From an uncultured Thermoplasmata archaeon (lineage in GTDB: Archaea; Thermoplasmatota; Thermoplasmata; UBA10834), in NCBI GenBank assembly GCA_963719945.1, contig CAVRDX010000003.1, forward strand, positions 256,001-320,000: a DNA stretch of 64,000 nt, written 5' to 3'. The notes under the pieces were generated by a model. It was not told the origin of the DNA. It ran no database searches and worked only from the letters and a program-made list of their open reading frames with translations. A program made the translations under genes and the position numbers. Within the stretch, counting starts at the first letter, position 1, and every line of letters starts with the position of its first letter. Positions 1 through 10,382 of this stretch are shown here, piece after piece.

Positions 1-2
1 AT

Positions 3-329
3 GATGCATCCGGCCTTCCTTGGAGATCACTTCTCCATGAACCTGTCGGCGGCTTCATAGTTGGATATCTTTCCATCGGTTGGAGGTTGATGCTGCCTCT
101 CATATTCTGGGGAGTTCATGTTTTCATGGATCGGCTGCAAATCGAATTCATTGATTACTCAACACCTATCGAGTCTGCAATCCTGATTGGCGCTGTGTTC
201 GGTTCGTTTGTGATAGGATACCATCGCTGGGTTGTCATATCGGGCGAGAAGACCTGGTCCCGCTACTTGATGCATCTGTGGGCGATAGTCAGAACCAGCA
301 TCGCACGCAAGGGTTCCGTCACTCCTTGA
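3..329 (+). CDS. 3' part of a membrane-associated metal-dependent hydrolase (YdjM/LexA-binding-like); runs off the left edge
   Basis: Frame is open from position 3 (DASGLPWRSLLHEPVGG...HVFMD); RSLLH and HxxxD motifs with hydrophobic segments. Confidence 0.5.
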   Translation, partial: DASGLPWRSLLHEPVGGFIVGYLSIGWRLMLPLIFWGVHVFMDRLQIEFIDYSTPIESAILIGAVFGSFVIGYHRWVVISGEKTWSRYLMHLWAIVRTSIARKGSVTP

Positions 330-1209
330 CGCGTTCGTAGAACCTCAGCAGGAAGATGACCCAGATGACCTCGAAAACGATGCATATGGTCGCTGGTACG
401 GCGACTATCGGGTCGAACAGTGCGATTGCCAGCGTCGCGGTCAATCCCAGGTTCTTGTAGCTCGAGAATAGCACCTGAGTGACACGTGCCTCCTTGGGAA
501 CGCCCAGCTTTTTCAGTGAGAATTCGACACCCAATCCTGTACCAAATGTTCTAATGATCGATACCGCGGCCACTGCGAGCACTATCCAAGGCTCGCTCAC
601 GAATGCGTTTCTGTTCGCTCCTGCGACAGCGAATATCAGTATCGCGAAGAGGATGTTCATGGCCTGAGTCATCACGGACTTGTCAATGCTGGCACGCATG
701 ACGATCCTGGATGCAACCATGGGGAGGACTATCAGGAACAGAAGTGACACTATGAGGTCGTTGACCGATACGGCAGAACCTATGAGTGCCAGCGAGATCA
801 GTGGCATAAGGGCGAGGGCGCTCAGGTAGTTCACAGCGGTCGAGAACAGGGCCTTTGAAGTCTTGCCTCCGAAGATCGTGGTGAAAGGCACGATGGATAT
901 GGCCGAGGGTGCCGCTGCCATGAGCACCCACCCCCACCATAGGTCCTCTGGGAAGAGTCGGCCGAGTATCAGGATGACTCCCGTGAGCATTCCATAATTG
1001 AGGATGAGTGCTACGACCGCATCCTTGCCATGCTCCTTGCTCTTCGTTTCTGCCAATCGTACTCTGGAAAGGGACAGGGTCATCAAAATCGCCAGAGATG
1101 CCATGGAGATCTCCTTGGTGAGCCAAGGGAATCCTCCGAGCAGCAACCCGAATAGCAGGCCGAGCCCCATCATGGCGCTGTAGCTGCCCAGTACATCTGC
1201 TGGCCTCAT
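319..1209 (-). CDS. Bile acid:sodium symporter (BASS) family membrane transporter
   Basis: About 9 TM helices; AAAPSAIS and SYKNLGL motifs typical of BASS/Acr3-fold transporters. Confidence 0.7.
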   Translation of the reverse strand: MRPADVLGSYSAMMGLGLLFGLLLGGFPWLTKEISMASLAILMTLSLSRVRLAETKSKEHGKDAVVALILNYGMLTGVILILGRLFPEDLWWGWVLMAAAPSAISIVPFTTIFGGKTSKALFSTAVNYLSALALMPLISLALIGSAVSVNDLIVSLLFLIVLPMVASRIVMRASIDKSVMTQAMNILFAILIFAVAGANRNAFVSEPWIVLAVAAVSIIRTFGTGLGVEFSLKKLGVPKEARVTQVLFSSYKNLGLTATLAIALFDPIVAVPATICIVFEVIWVIFLLRFYERVKE

Positions 1210-1305
1210 GATGTGGTCGAAGAACGCATGGACTACAAATATGCTTGTCGTTGTTGACGAGTCCGCACCTAATCCTTTTTATCATCCCTGGCCTTATCGA
1301 GGCTG

Positions 1306-1956
1306 ATGAGCATCATCGAATGGGGTACCAATCTCATATTGGACCTGATATCCACGCTCGGCTATCCTGGAATCATCCTCCTGATGGCCCTCGAGAGCGC
1401 ATGCATGCCGATCCCGAGCGAGATCGTCATGCCTTTCGCCGGCTATCTTGTATATGCCGCCGAGCAACCCGGATTCGACGGGAACGCGATGACGCTCATA
1501 GGTGTTAGTCTCGCGGGAGCGATCGGCTGTACATTGGGCTCCATCGTGGCGTATTATCTCGGCAAGTACGCGGGACGACCATTCATACTGCGATACGGAA
1601 GATACGTCTTGATCCGCGAGAAGCATCTCGATATGGCGGACAGATGGTTCGAGAAATATGGCGATGCAGCCACGTTCATCGCGAGGCTTCTCCCGATAAT
1701 ACGGACATTCATATCCCTCCCGGCCGGGATTGCCAGGATGAATTTCAAGAAATTCGTATTCTACAGCTTCGTAGGGTCGCTACCCTGGACCGCGATGCTT
1801 GCTTACGTCGGATATGCCCTTGGTCCAAGTTGGGAAGAAATCGGAGGCTGGTTCAGAGGAATGGATTATGTCATCGTCGTCGGTCTAATCGTCGTGGTGA
1901 TATGGTATGTATATCGCTTCAAGAAGCAGAAGCGAGTATCAGAACCTCAGCCGTAG
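1306..1956 (+). CDS. DedA family membrane protein
   Basis: LESACMPIPSE, FEKYG and ARLLPIIRTFISLPAG motifs. Confidence 0.92.
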   Translation: MSIIEWGTNLILDLISTLGYPGIILLMALESACMPIPSEIVMPFAGYLVYAAEQPGFDGNAMTLIGVSLAGAIGCTLGSIVAYYLGKYAGRPFILRYGRYVLIREKHLDMADRWFEKYGDAATFIARLLPIIRTFISLPAGIARMNFKKFVFYSFVGSLPWTAMLAYVGYALGPSWEEIGGWFRGMDYVIVVGLIVVVIWYVYRFKKQKRVSEPQP

Positions 1957-3713
1957 TAGTATTCGCCTTTGGATTTCTGCTCCCTGTCAAGCCTGGAATC
2001 CTTCTTGTTTATCCTTGGTCTCGAGGAGTCCTGGTCGCGTCTGAATGTGATGTCTACATCCTTGAGGAATCGGTTCATGCCATCCCTCATCCCGAACGGC
2101 CCTTCAGCGACACCCTTCACAGAAGGTTCTCCTGCGAACACCATCAGCGAGTCAGAGATCAAGTCGATCATATAGACATCATGGTCGACGATCATGGCGG
2201 ATTTGCTCATTTTCTCGATGACCCTCCGGATGGTTTTGGCGGTGGTCATCCTCTGAGCAGAATCGAGGTAAGCTGACGGTTCATCGATCAGATATATGTC
2301 CGCCTGTTTGCCCAGGCACTCTGCAATGGCCACCCTCTGCAGCTCGCCGCCGGACAGAGTTCCCACCTCCTTGTCAAGAAGGTATTTGAGGGTGAGAGGT
2401 TGCGCCACTTCTGCCTGGAAGAACCCCGAATCATACTCCTTTCCAATGTTCGTCATGAGCATGTGCCTGACCGTTCCCTCGAACTCTGGCTTTATGTACT
2501 GGGGCTTGTAGCTTACGGTGACCTCTCCCATGACTTCGCCCGATGTCGGTTCGATCTCTCCAGCCAATATCTTGACGAATGTGGTCTTCCCGGTGGCATT
2601 CGGTCCGACGGCTCCGACCACTTCGCCTTTCCTGATCGCCCCGCCTGATACTTTCAACTTGAAATTCTTGATCCGTTTCGTTATATCCGTGAATTCGACG
2701 AGGCGCTGGGTCTGCCAATCGCCTCTGGGCGGCCTGCGCTCGAACTTTATCTCGGTCTCCCTGAACCGAATGTTCTCTTCCCTCAGGTACCCTTCGAGGT
2801 AGACGTTTATGGATGTCCTGACCGGCCTAGGATGAGCCATCACTCCATATGCTCCCTCGGAACCGTACATTATGTGGACAAGATCCGCCAGGAAATCGAT
2901 TATTGCCAGATCATGTTCGATCACCATGACCTGTTTAGTCTCGCTCAGTTTCTGTATGACCTTTGCGATTTTCAAACGTTGGTAGATGTCCAGATATGAT
3001 GAGGGTTCGTCGAAGAAGTAGACATCTGCGTCCTTCAGCAAGGTGGCAGCGATCGCCACTCTCTGGAGCTCTCCTCCTGAGAGTTTCGAGATATCCCGGT
3101 CCAGCACTCCAGATATGGTTAGCTGGTCGGCGATTTCGTCGAGTCTATTCGATTCATCTACCTTGGTGAGTAGATCACTCACTGGTCCTTTGTGGATCGC
3201 AGGCAGCTTATCCACATATTGTGGCTTGAGCGCAGTCCTGGTCTTCCCGTCTGCGAGATCCCCGAAGTAATTGTTCAGGTCGGTCCCGGCATACTTCTCC
3301 AAGACCTTGCTCCAGTCGCCCCCTCCTTCGTAATCTCCGAGGTTCGGTATGACCTGGCCAGAAAGGATCGATATTGCTGTGGTCTTGCCTATCCCGTTAG
3401 GCCCGAGCAGCCCGATTACCTGTCCTTGCCTGGGGATCGGCAGCCGATAGAGCCTGAACGAGTTCTTGCCGTACTGATGAACCAGTTCTCCTTCCAGTTC
3501 ACGCGGCAGGCCGATGATCTTGATGGCTTCCAGAGGACATTTGTGAACGCATATCCCACACCCGACGCATAGGTTCTCCGCGATGTACGGCTTGCCAGAT
3601 TCCCCTATCGCAATGGCTTCTACCCCTGTGCGCACGGGCGGGCAATAGTGTATGCACTCAAGGCCACATTTCTTTGGCTGGCATCGGTCCTTGAGTATTA
3701 CAGCTATCCTCAT
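1947..3713 (-). CDS. rli: Ribosome recycling ATPase ABCE1/RLI1
   Basis: N-terminal two [4Fe-4S] Cys motifs, two ABC domains (GPNGIGKT, GPNATGKT, LSGGELQR twice), C-terminal GEYYY. Confidence 0.97.
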   Translation of the reverse strand: MRIAVILKDRCQPKKCGLECIHYCPPVRTGVEAIAIGESGKPYIAENLCVGCGICVHKCPLEAIKIIGLPRELEGELVHQYGKNSFRLYRLPIPRQGQVIGLLGPNGIGKTTAISILSGQVIPNLGDYEGGGDWSKVLEKYAGTDLNNYFGDLADGKTRTALKPQYVDKLPAIHKGPVSDLLTKVDESNRLDEIADQLTISGVLDRDISKLSGGELQRVAIAATLLKDADVYFFDEPSSYLDIYQRLKIAKVIQKLSETKQVMVIEHDLAIIDFLADLVHIMYGSEGAYGVMAHPRPVRTSINVYLEGYLREENIRFRETEIKFERRPPRGDWQTQRLVEFTDITKRIKNFKLKVSGGAIRKGEVVGAVGPNATGKTTFVKILAGEIEPTSGEVMGEVTVSYKPQYIKPEFEGTVRHMLMTNIGKEYDSGFFQAEVAQPLTLKYLLDKEVGTLSGGELQRVAIAECLGKQADIYLIDEPSAYLDSAQRMTTAKTIRRVIEKMSKSAMIVDHDVYMIDLISDSLMVFAGEPSVKGVAEGPFGMRDGMNRFLKDVDITFRRDQDSSRPRINKKDSRLDREQKSKGEYYYG

Positions 3714-3756
3714 CGACTTGGGTTAAGGCGGGGTCCATTTAAAAATATATCAGCGG

Positions 3757-5277
3757 CTACCTGTCTAGGACAAGCTCGATCTCCTCGACGATCGGGTCGA
3801 TATCGAGTTCTACGTAGCCTATCGTCTGGACGAGTTCGTCCGCTGAGAATTTCTGACCATATGACCATAGCTCGGTGATGAACTCGCCAGTTCTTTGGTT
3901 CTCGAACCAGTTCTCCCCGAACTTCTCTTTTAGGGCGGATCTGAGTTGTCCCTCGAATATCCACGCGCGCAGGTACTCGGCACAGTAGAATGCATCGTCC
4001 ACATCCTCAAGGAAGTTCTTCTCGGAGTGCTTGAACTTCAATCCTTTCTGAAGTGTGGTCCTGTAGACCTCAGAAAGCTCCGTCCCTACGCTGCTCTGGT
4101 GGAGCTTCATCTCATAGATCAGCTTAGATGCATATCTTCGCAGGAACATGAGCTTGTTCAGAACGGTGAATCGCTCGAACTCTTGAGCGTCCTCCATCCC
4201 TAGGTATCGTTTCAACCACAGTCCGTCCGTTGGAAGATAGTTGAAAAGGAACGCGAATGTCTCCGTCACCGAATTGTCGCCAAGATACTTGTATTCGGCT
4301 GGATGTTTTCTGTCCGTGGTTCCGAAATGCCATGCATGACCGCCTTCATGGAAGAAGGATTCGTAATCCTTCCATCCTCCCATCGGAAGTATGACGAGTT
4401 TGACATCGTCCGGCACCCTGACAGGTGCACAGAATGCCCTCGGGGTCTTCTTCTCTCGCTCCTCGGCGTCTATATGTATGTTCTCATAACCTCGAGTGTC
4501 TATCCCCATACCTCTCAATGTCTCTGAGAATGATTCTATCAACCTGTCCTTCCGGAAGTATCCATCATGCTCCTCTCCCTTGAACGCTATCGGGATGTCA
4601 CAGCTCCAGGCATCCGAAAGGGATGAATGAAGCTTGTCCTGGAGCAGTTCGTTCATCTTATCGACGTATATCTTCTCCGTCCTCTTGAGGAACTCCTCCA
4701 TCACCGCTTCGAGCTTTCGGTAATCGACACCTTTCAAGGATGCACACATGTCACGATAATTCTTGAATCCCAGCTCGGCGCTCTTGTCATGAGCGCTCTG
4801 CATACGCGAGTGCAGGATCTCATTGAGCTTTTCCGTCTCGACAAGTTTAGCCTCGAACAGCCTGTGCCTCCGTTCAGTATCAGGCTCGTTCCTGAGCCTT
4901 ACTGGCACCATTCTGTAGGGTACCATCTCTCCATCGAAGGCTATCTCGGTTCTTGTCTCCCAGGTGCTGGCCCTGTCCGTATGGTCCTTTATCGCGTTCT
5001 CCACATGGCCCAGGGTGGAGAATGTCCGGAGGTACCTCATCCATCTGGAATCCTCATCCGGCTTGATTGCTTCCAATGATTGTCTCACGACCTCGATGGC
5101 TTCCACGGAGAACAGGTGCGAATACCTCTCATAGATCGGCACGGTGCTCAGGTCGTCCTTGATGCCTGCATAGTTGCTGTAGAACTCTTGCATCAACTCG
5201 CTCTGAAACGCCTCTAGATCTCCTCGCAATCGGCCGAGTTCAAGAACGGCCATGGTGTCATTAATCTCTCTTCTCAT
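3757..5277 (-). CDS. M3-like zinc metallopeptidase (oligopeptidase family)
   Basis: FHEGGHAWH (HExxH) with downstream ETFAFLF Glu ligand; PRAFC motif. Confidence 0.7.
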   Translation of the reverse strand: MRREINDTMAVLELGRLRGDLEAFQSELMQEFYSNYAGIKDDLSTVPIYERYSHLFSVEAIEVVRQSLEAIKPDEDSRWMRYLRTFSTLGHVENAIKDHTDRASTWETRTEIAFDGEMVPYRMVPVRLRNEPDTERRHRLFEAKLVETEKLNEILHSRMQSAHDKSAELGFKNYRDMCASLKGVDYRKLEAVMEEFLKRTEKIYVDKMNELLQDKLHSSLSDAWSCDIPIAFKGEEHDGYFRKDRLIESFSETLRGMGIDTRGYENIHIDAEEREKKTPRAFCAPVRVPDDVKLVILPMGGWKDYESFFHEGGHAWHFGTTDRKHPAEYKYLGDNSVTETFAFLFNYLPTDGLWLKRYLGMEDAQEFERFTVLNKLMFLRRYASKLIYEMKLHQSSVGTELSEVYRTTLQKGLKFKHSEKNFLEDVDDAFYCAEYLRAWIFEGQLRSALKEKFGENWFENQRTGEFITELWSYGQKFSADELVQTIGYVELDIDPIVEEIELVLDR

Positions 5278-5381
5278 GTATATTCATTTCCACTCCATTC
5301 CAGTTTCTGGCCAATGAAACGAGATCCCAGAACCGCGCTACATTTAAGTGCGAAGCCTCCAATGATGGGCAGTTGGTCTCG

Positions 5382-7589
5382 ATGTCACGTGTGTTAGTCT
5401 GTGTAGCATGGCCTTATGCAAACGGAACGATCCATGTGGGCCACGTGGCCGGCTCGCTCCTGCCAGCAGATATATTCGCTCGCTTCAACCGCCTTATCGG
5501 GAACGAGACGATAATGGTGTCAGGTTCCGACATGCACGGCGCTCCGATAACCGTTAGCGCCGATAAGGAGAAGGTGTCCCCGGAAGTCATTGCCAACAGG
5601 TATCATGAGATCAATGCAAAGGCAATCGCCGACCTTGGGATCGAATTCGATCTGTTTACAAATACTCACACTCACAATCACGAAGAGGTCACAAAAGAGT
5701 TCTTCGTGAAACTGCTCGAGAAGGGACACCTCGAAAAGAAGACAACCCATCAGTTCTATTGTCCAAGCTGTCACAGATTCCTTCCGGACAGGTATGTCGA
5801 GGGAACATGCCCTCACTGCAAATACGAGCGCGCACGAGGAGACCAGTGTGATTCATGTGGCATGGATATGAACGCGGATCAGTTGATCGATGCAAGATGT
5901 CAATTATGCGGAGGGGTGCCCCAGCTCAGGGAGACAGAGCACTTCTTCCTAAAACTCTCTCATTTCACCGATGATCTCATGGAATATGCGGAGCGCAGCT
6001 CCCATTGGAGACCACATGTCCGTGCATTCACCATCAACGTGTTGAAGGATTGCCTCGTGGACCGTCCCATAACCCGTGATATATCCTGGGGTGTGCCTGT
6101 TCCGGTGGGAGGGTTCGATGACAAGCGGATATATGTCTGGTTCGAAGCAGTCATCGGCTATCTTTCCGCCTCAAAGGAATGGGCTATCCTTGAGGGTAAG
6201 CCAGACGACTGGAAGAAGTTCTGGACAGACGGCGATTGCAGAAGCTATTACTTCCTCGGAAAGGACAACATCATCTTCCACACAATAATATGGCCCGCCA
6301 TGCTGATCGGTCACGGTGGTCTCAACCTTCCGTATGATGTGCCTGCCAATCAATACATGAATCTGGGGGGTCAGAAGTTCTCTAAGAGCATGGGAGTAAG
6401 CATAGCCATCCCTGAAATGCTTCATAGGTTCAAGCCGGATATAATCAGATATTACCTCTCCGCGAACATGCCCGAGACTAAGGATTCGGAATTCGCCTGG
6501 GAGGATATGTCGCAGAGAGTGAACAACGAACTCGTTGCGACATACGGCAATTTCCTTCACAGAACCCTCTCGTTCACGCACAAGAACTTCGGTGAGATCC
6601 CGACATTGGGTGAGCTGGATGAACGTGATCAGAAGGCCATCGCTCGGATAGCCGAAACCTCTGCAATTATCTCCAAGGCATATTCGTCCTGCGAGTTCAG
6701 GGTGGCCATGAAAGCCCTCATGGACCTGGCTCAGTTCGGCAACCAGTACTTCGATCAGGTTGCGCCGTGGTCACTCATCGGCAAGGACAAGGCGAGATGT
6801 GGTACGGTGCTCAATGTCAGTCTGCAGATAGCAAAGGCCCTTTCGGTCATGGCGTTCCCGTTCATGCCATACTCCTCGGAATCCATCTGGAAGCAATTAT
6901 GCATGGATGCGACCATCGAGGAAATCGGTTGGAAAGGGATCGAAGATGACTTGGTCGCAGGTCGGAAGATGGAGAAGCCTATTCCCCAATTCGCGAAGAT
7001 AGAGGCCACATCCGCCGGCGATTTCCAGAAGTACGCTGTATTGGATTTGAAGATCGGCAAGGTCAAGGAGGTCAGACAGCATCCGAACGCTGACAAGCTG
7101 TATGTCATGTCTGTCGACATCGGTCGCCCGATAACAATAGTCAGCGGCCTGAAGGAGTTCTACTCGGCGGAGGAACTCTGTACAAAGACCCTGGTGGTGT
7201 TGACCAATCTGGAGCCAGCCACGCTCAGAGGCGTAAAGTCTGAGGGGATGTTGCTGGCAGCAGAGGGTGATGGCAAGCTTGCACTCCTCACCCCTGAAAA
7301 GGACCTGCCTGCCGGGACTCAGATCGCGAGCGGGATGGATGTCGGCTCGAAGCCGATCAGTTTCAAAGAGTTCCAGAAACTCGATATGAAATCCGGGACA
7401 TTATCTGCGGAGCAGCCCGCCACAGCCGATGTGGGTGGTCGGAGGGTGGCTTGTACTATCGACGATGGCAAGCCCGGGATGACCTATGCGTTGCTCCTGA
7501 ACACTGACAAGTCTGTCGTGATGACTTCATCCGATGGTGTGAAGATCGTTTTCGACAGGGAGATACAGGCTGGTGCTAAGATCCGATGA
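5382..7589 (+). CDS. metG: Methionine--tRNA ligase with C-terminal tRNA-binding OB domain
   Basis: PYANG..HVGH, Zn knuckles, YVWFEA, GKDN, KFSKS, HPNADKLY..GVKSEGM. Confidence 0.97.
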   Translation: MSRVLVCVAWPYANGTIHVGHVAGSLLPADIFARFNRLIGNETIMVSGSDMHGAPITVSADKEKVSPEVIANRYHEINAKAIADLGIEFDLFTNTHTHNHEEVTKEFFVKLLEKGHLEKKTTHQFYCPSCHRFLPDRYVEGTCPHCKYERARGDQCDSCGMDMNADQLIDARCQLCGGVPQLRETEHFFLKLSHFTDDLMEYAERSSHWRPHVRAFTINVLKDCLVDRPITRDISWGVPVPVGGFDDKRIYVWFEAVIGYLSASKEWAILEGKPDDWKKFWTDGDCRSYYFLGKDNIIFHTIIWPAMLIGHGGLNLPYDVPANQYMNLGGQKFSKSMGVSIAIPEMLHRFKPDIIRYYLSANMPETKDSEFAWEDMSQRVNNELVATYGNFLHRTLSFTHKNFGEIPTLGELDERDQKAIARIAETSAIISKAYSSCEFRVAMKALMDLAQFGNQYFDQVAPWSLIGKDKARCGTVLNVSLQIAKALSVMAFPFMPYSSESIWKQLCMDATIEEIGWKGIEDDLVAGRKMEKPIPQFAKIEATSAGDFQKYAVLDLKIGKVKEVRQHPNADKLYVMSVDIGRPITIVSGLKEFYSAEELCTKTLVVLTNLEPATLRGVKSEGMLLAAEGDGKLALLTPEKDLPAGTQIASGMDVGSKPISFKEFQKLDMKSGTLSAEQPATADVGGRRVACTIDDGKPGMTYALLLNTDKSVVMTSSDGVKIVFDREIQAGAKIR

Positions 7590-8248
7590 AGCTCGACCTG
7601 CATATCCATTCAAGCTATTCGAGAGACGCCAGCGCCAGCCCGGAAGACATATTGACTGCCTGTAAGACTGCCGGCCTCGATGGATGTGCCGTAACGGATC
7701 ACAATACGGTCGAAGGATCGTTCAGGGCATCATCGATGGGCAAACATCACGGGCTCTTGGTGGTTAGAGGGGTCGAGGTCTCTACGATAGATGGTCACAT
7801 CCTCGCATATGGCGTGCGCGAGTCGATACCAAAGAGGCTATCGATCGAAGAGACCATCGAGAAGATAGTGGCTGCCGGGGGTGTACCGGTCGCAGCGCAT
7901 CCCAAGAGGTTCCCGTCCGGAATCGGGTTGGAGGCCGCTTCAGAGAACAAGTTCAAAGGAATCGAAGTCCTGAACGGTGGCAATTCTACATGGAACAACA
8001 GGGCCGCGAGAAAGGTCGCTGTGGCCAAGAATTTGGCTCGGATCGGTGGCTCAGACGCCCATAAGGTCACGGAGATTGGTCGTTCATATACAATATTCGA
8101 GAATGTCTCCACTGAGGAAGATGTCCTCAGTGCTATCTCTTCAGCTGCCACAAGTGCAGACGGTCGCAGTCGGACTGCGGTCGAAGGTATGGTCTACGCA
8201 GGCGAGACTCTGGTGGAATGGCTCCGGGGCGGATTGAAAAGACAATAG
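7586..8248 (+). CDS. PHP-domain metallohydrolase
   Basis: DLHIHS, AVTDHN, GVEVST..GH, AAHP, GGSDAH. Confidence 0.9.
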   Translation: MKLDLHIHSSYSRDASASPEDILTACKTAGLDGCAVTDHNTVEGSFRASSMGKHHGLLVVRGVEVSTIDGHILAYGVRESIPKRLSIEETIEKIVAAGGVPVAAHPKRFPSGIGLEAASENKFKGIEVLNGGNSTWNNRAARKVAVAKNLARIGGSDAHKVTEIGRSYTIFENVSTEEDVLSAISSAATSADGRSRTAVEGMVYAGETLVEWLRGGLKRQ

Positions 8249-8251
8249 CGC

Positions 8252-8611
8252 TCAGATGTTCTCTGCAATCCTGTCGGCGTATTCCCTGACCGTCGTCGCG
8301 AGCTCGCTGGTTGGTATCTCGTTGGATGCGGTAACGACGAGAAGGGCACGGTTTCCAGCGCTCAGCAGGACCATCTTCCCTCTTGTCAGCTCAACGCAGA
8401 CGTGTTGCAGCTTATCTTTGAGCTCTGCTGTAGCGGTCTCCGCGGCACCCAGCAGAATCGCGGACATGGCGACAAAGGTCTCCAGGTGCACTCCTTTCGG
8501 AGAGTCTCCTGCGATATGCATGCCGCTCCTCGAGACCACAGTTGCCTCATAGACAGATGAAATGGATCGTACCTCATCTAGTATCTTCTCAATCGCGAGA
8601 TACTCAGTCAT
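8252..8611 (-). CDS. Roadblock/LC7 (MglB-like) domain protein
   Basis: 119 aa; VVSRSGMHIA, FVAMSAILLGAAE..L..V.VE pattern. Confidence 0.85.
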   Translation of the reverse strand: MTEYLAIEKILDEVRSISSVYEATVVSRSGMHIAGDSPKGVHLETFVAMSAILLGAAETATAELKDKLQHVCVELTRGKMVLLSAGNRALLVVTASNEIPTSELATTVREYADRIAENI

Positions 8612-8754
8612 ATTCTCCGTAGCCCCCTCTGACAGATATGGTCAGCATTATCTGGAGAGGATATAAAGTTTAGTGGCTCCGTTTGTTATTGAGTAGATTG
8701 ATTGTCGGGCTCGATGACTTGATATCCGCTCAGTGTTATCCTGCGACGAATCCG

Positions 8755-9792
8755 ATGAGAATACTGCATCAGGACTCCAATACCAACGAGATAAAGCTCC
8801 TACCAGAGAGCATAGACGACCTCTGGCACCTGTCCAATCTGGTCGATATAGGTGACATGATCTTCTCATTGACCTATAGGCGAAAAGAGGAGAAGACCGA
8901 CAAGCTTCGGGCCGAAAGGATGGAGAAGGTCCGCATGTGGCTCGGGATACGGGTCGAGAAAGTGGAGTTCCATGAGTCCGATGACCGGCTCAGGATATTG
9001 GGCGTGATAGAATCCGGCCCTCAGGACTTGGCGGAGCATCACACTCTGATGATTGCTCCAGGCGACGATTTGACAATAATCAAGGCCGAATGGAAGATCC
9101 ATCATTTCGACCGGATAAAACGTGCGATAGCGTCGGCCGAGAAACCGAAGATTGTATTCGTCGCGATCGAGGATACCGAAGCCCTCATCGCAGCAGCCAG
9201 GGAATATGGGATGAAGGAATTAGCAACGATTACTAGGAACCCTGGCGGAAAGATGTACGAGACCAAGAGCGATGAGAAGGACTTCTTCGATGAGATCGTT
9301 GCGAAATTGTCCTCCATACTGACGGACGAGCCATTGGTGGTGCTCGGTCCCGGTTTCGCGAAAGAAGCATTGGCAAAGCGTATCCGAGAGAAGTTGCCAG
9401 ATGTCGCGAAATCCATGTCTGTTCATTCGACCGGGCAATGTGGCATGGCTGGCATCCACGAACTAATGAAGAAGGGGATCGGCGGCAAACTTCTCGACGA
9501 GTCGAGGGTGGCCAAAGAGATCATGCTGGTCGAGGAACTGTTTTCTGAGATTGGTCGCGAAGGCATGTATGCCTACGGTCATGAATCTGTCAAGAACGCT
9601 CTGAATGCAGGAGCGATCAGGGTCTTGTTGATCCTCGATACGAAGGTGCGTGTCGAGGGCACAGACGCGATGATCAAATCCGTAGAGGATGCCAGGGGCG
9701 AATTCATGATCATAAGCTCTCTCCATGAGGCCGGACGACGTCTCGAGTCACTCGGCGGTATCGCCGCGCTCCTGAGGTACCGGATCGCTTGA
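8755..9792 (+). CDS. pelA: Pelota (aPelota) ribosome rescue factor
   Basis: PESIDDLWHL, LRILGVI, HHTL, GPGFAK, LGGIAALLRY; start taken as ATG 8755. Confidence 0.95.
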   Translation: MRILHQDSNTNEIKLLPESIDDLWHLSNLVDIGDMIFSLTYRRKEEKTDKLRAERMEKVRMWLGIRVEKVEFHESDDRLRILGVIESGPQDLAEHHTLMIAPGDDLTIIKAEWKIHHFDRIKRAIASAEKPKIVFVAIEDTEALIAAAREYGMKELATITRNPGGKMYETKSDEKDFFDEIVAKLSSILTDEPLVVLGPGFAKEALAKRIREKLPDVAKSMSVHSTGQCGMAGIHELMKKGIGGKLLDESRVAKEIMLVEELFSEIGREGMYAYGHESVKNALNAGAIRVLLILDTKVRVEGTDAMIKSVEDARGEFMIISSLHEAGRRLESLGGIAALLRYRIA

Positions 9793-9808
9793 GTTCCGAT
9801 GGTACCCT

Positions 9809-10267
9809 CTAACCCTTGCGAGCCTTCACGATGTCCATCGTTGCATCGATCAACATCCCGACCGGGAACGGTTTCGCCCAGAACGAGACCGCACCAGCGC
9901 CGAGCGCCTCTTCTCGGATGGATTCGTCGGCACTCGAGAATATGATCGGTATCGACGCATCCATCTCCCGGATCTCCTTGGTCGTCTGGATTCCATCCTT
10001 GTTCGGCATCCGATGGTCCATTATGATCGCATCGGGTTTGCAGGGCATGTCCCGGAAGAGCTTGACCGCCTCGTCTCCGTCTCTGGCAGAGAATACGGTG
10101 TGTCCTCTCGATTCGAACATGTCCTTGTACAATTCTCGGATGAAATCTTCGTCGTCTACAACGAAAACTCGCGCGGACAGCCTTCCGGCTCGCCCGTTCT
10201 GTTTCACGGTCGTGTAGCCTCCTGACATTGCTGCCAGTGCCCTCAGACCAGGTTGACTATCTCTCAT
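9809..10267 (-). CDS. Single-domain response regulator (CheY-like receiver)
   Basis: VVDDE, MDHRMP..DG, FSSA, KPF; true start may be later than 10267. Confidence 0.88.
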   Translation of the reverse strand: MRDSQPGLRALAAMSGGYTTVKQNGRAGRLSARVFVVDDEDFIRELYKDMFESRGHTVFSARDGDEAVKLFRDMPCKPDAIIMDHRMPNKDGIQTTKEIREMDASIPIIFSSADESIREEALGAGAVSFWAKPFPVGMLIDATMDIVKARKG

Positions 10268-10382
10268 TGCACACTACCCTGATCAGGCACAGGTACTGCG
10301 CTAATATGTGGTCCACTGTCTCACAGTGATTCCACATGTGCATCCCAGCTATCCCGATACGACCCTATCTCCATCGTCTCTA

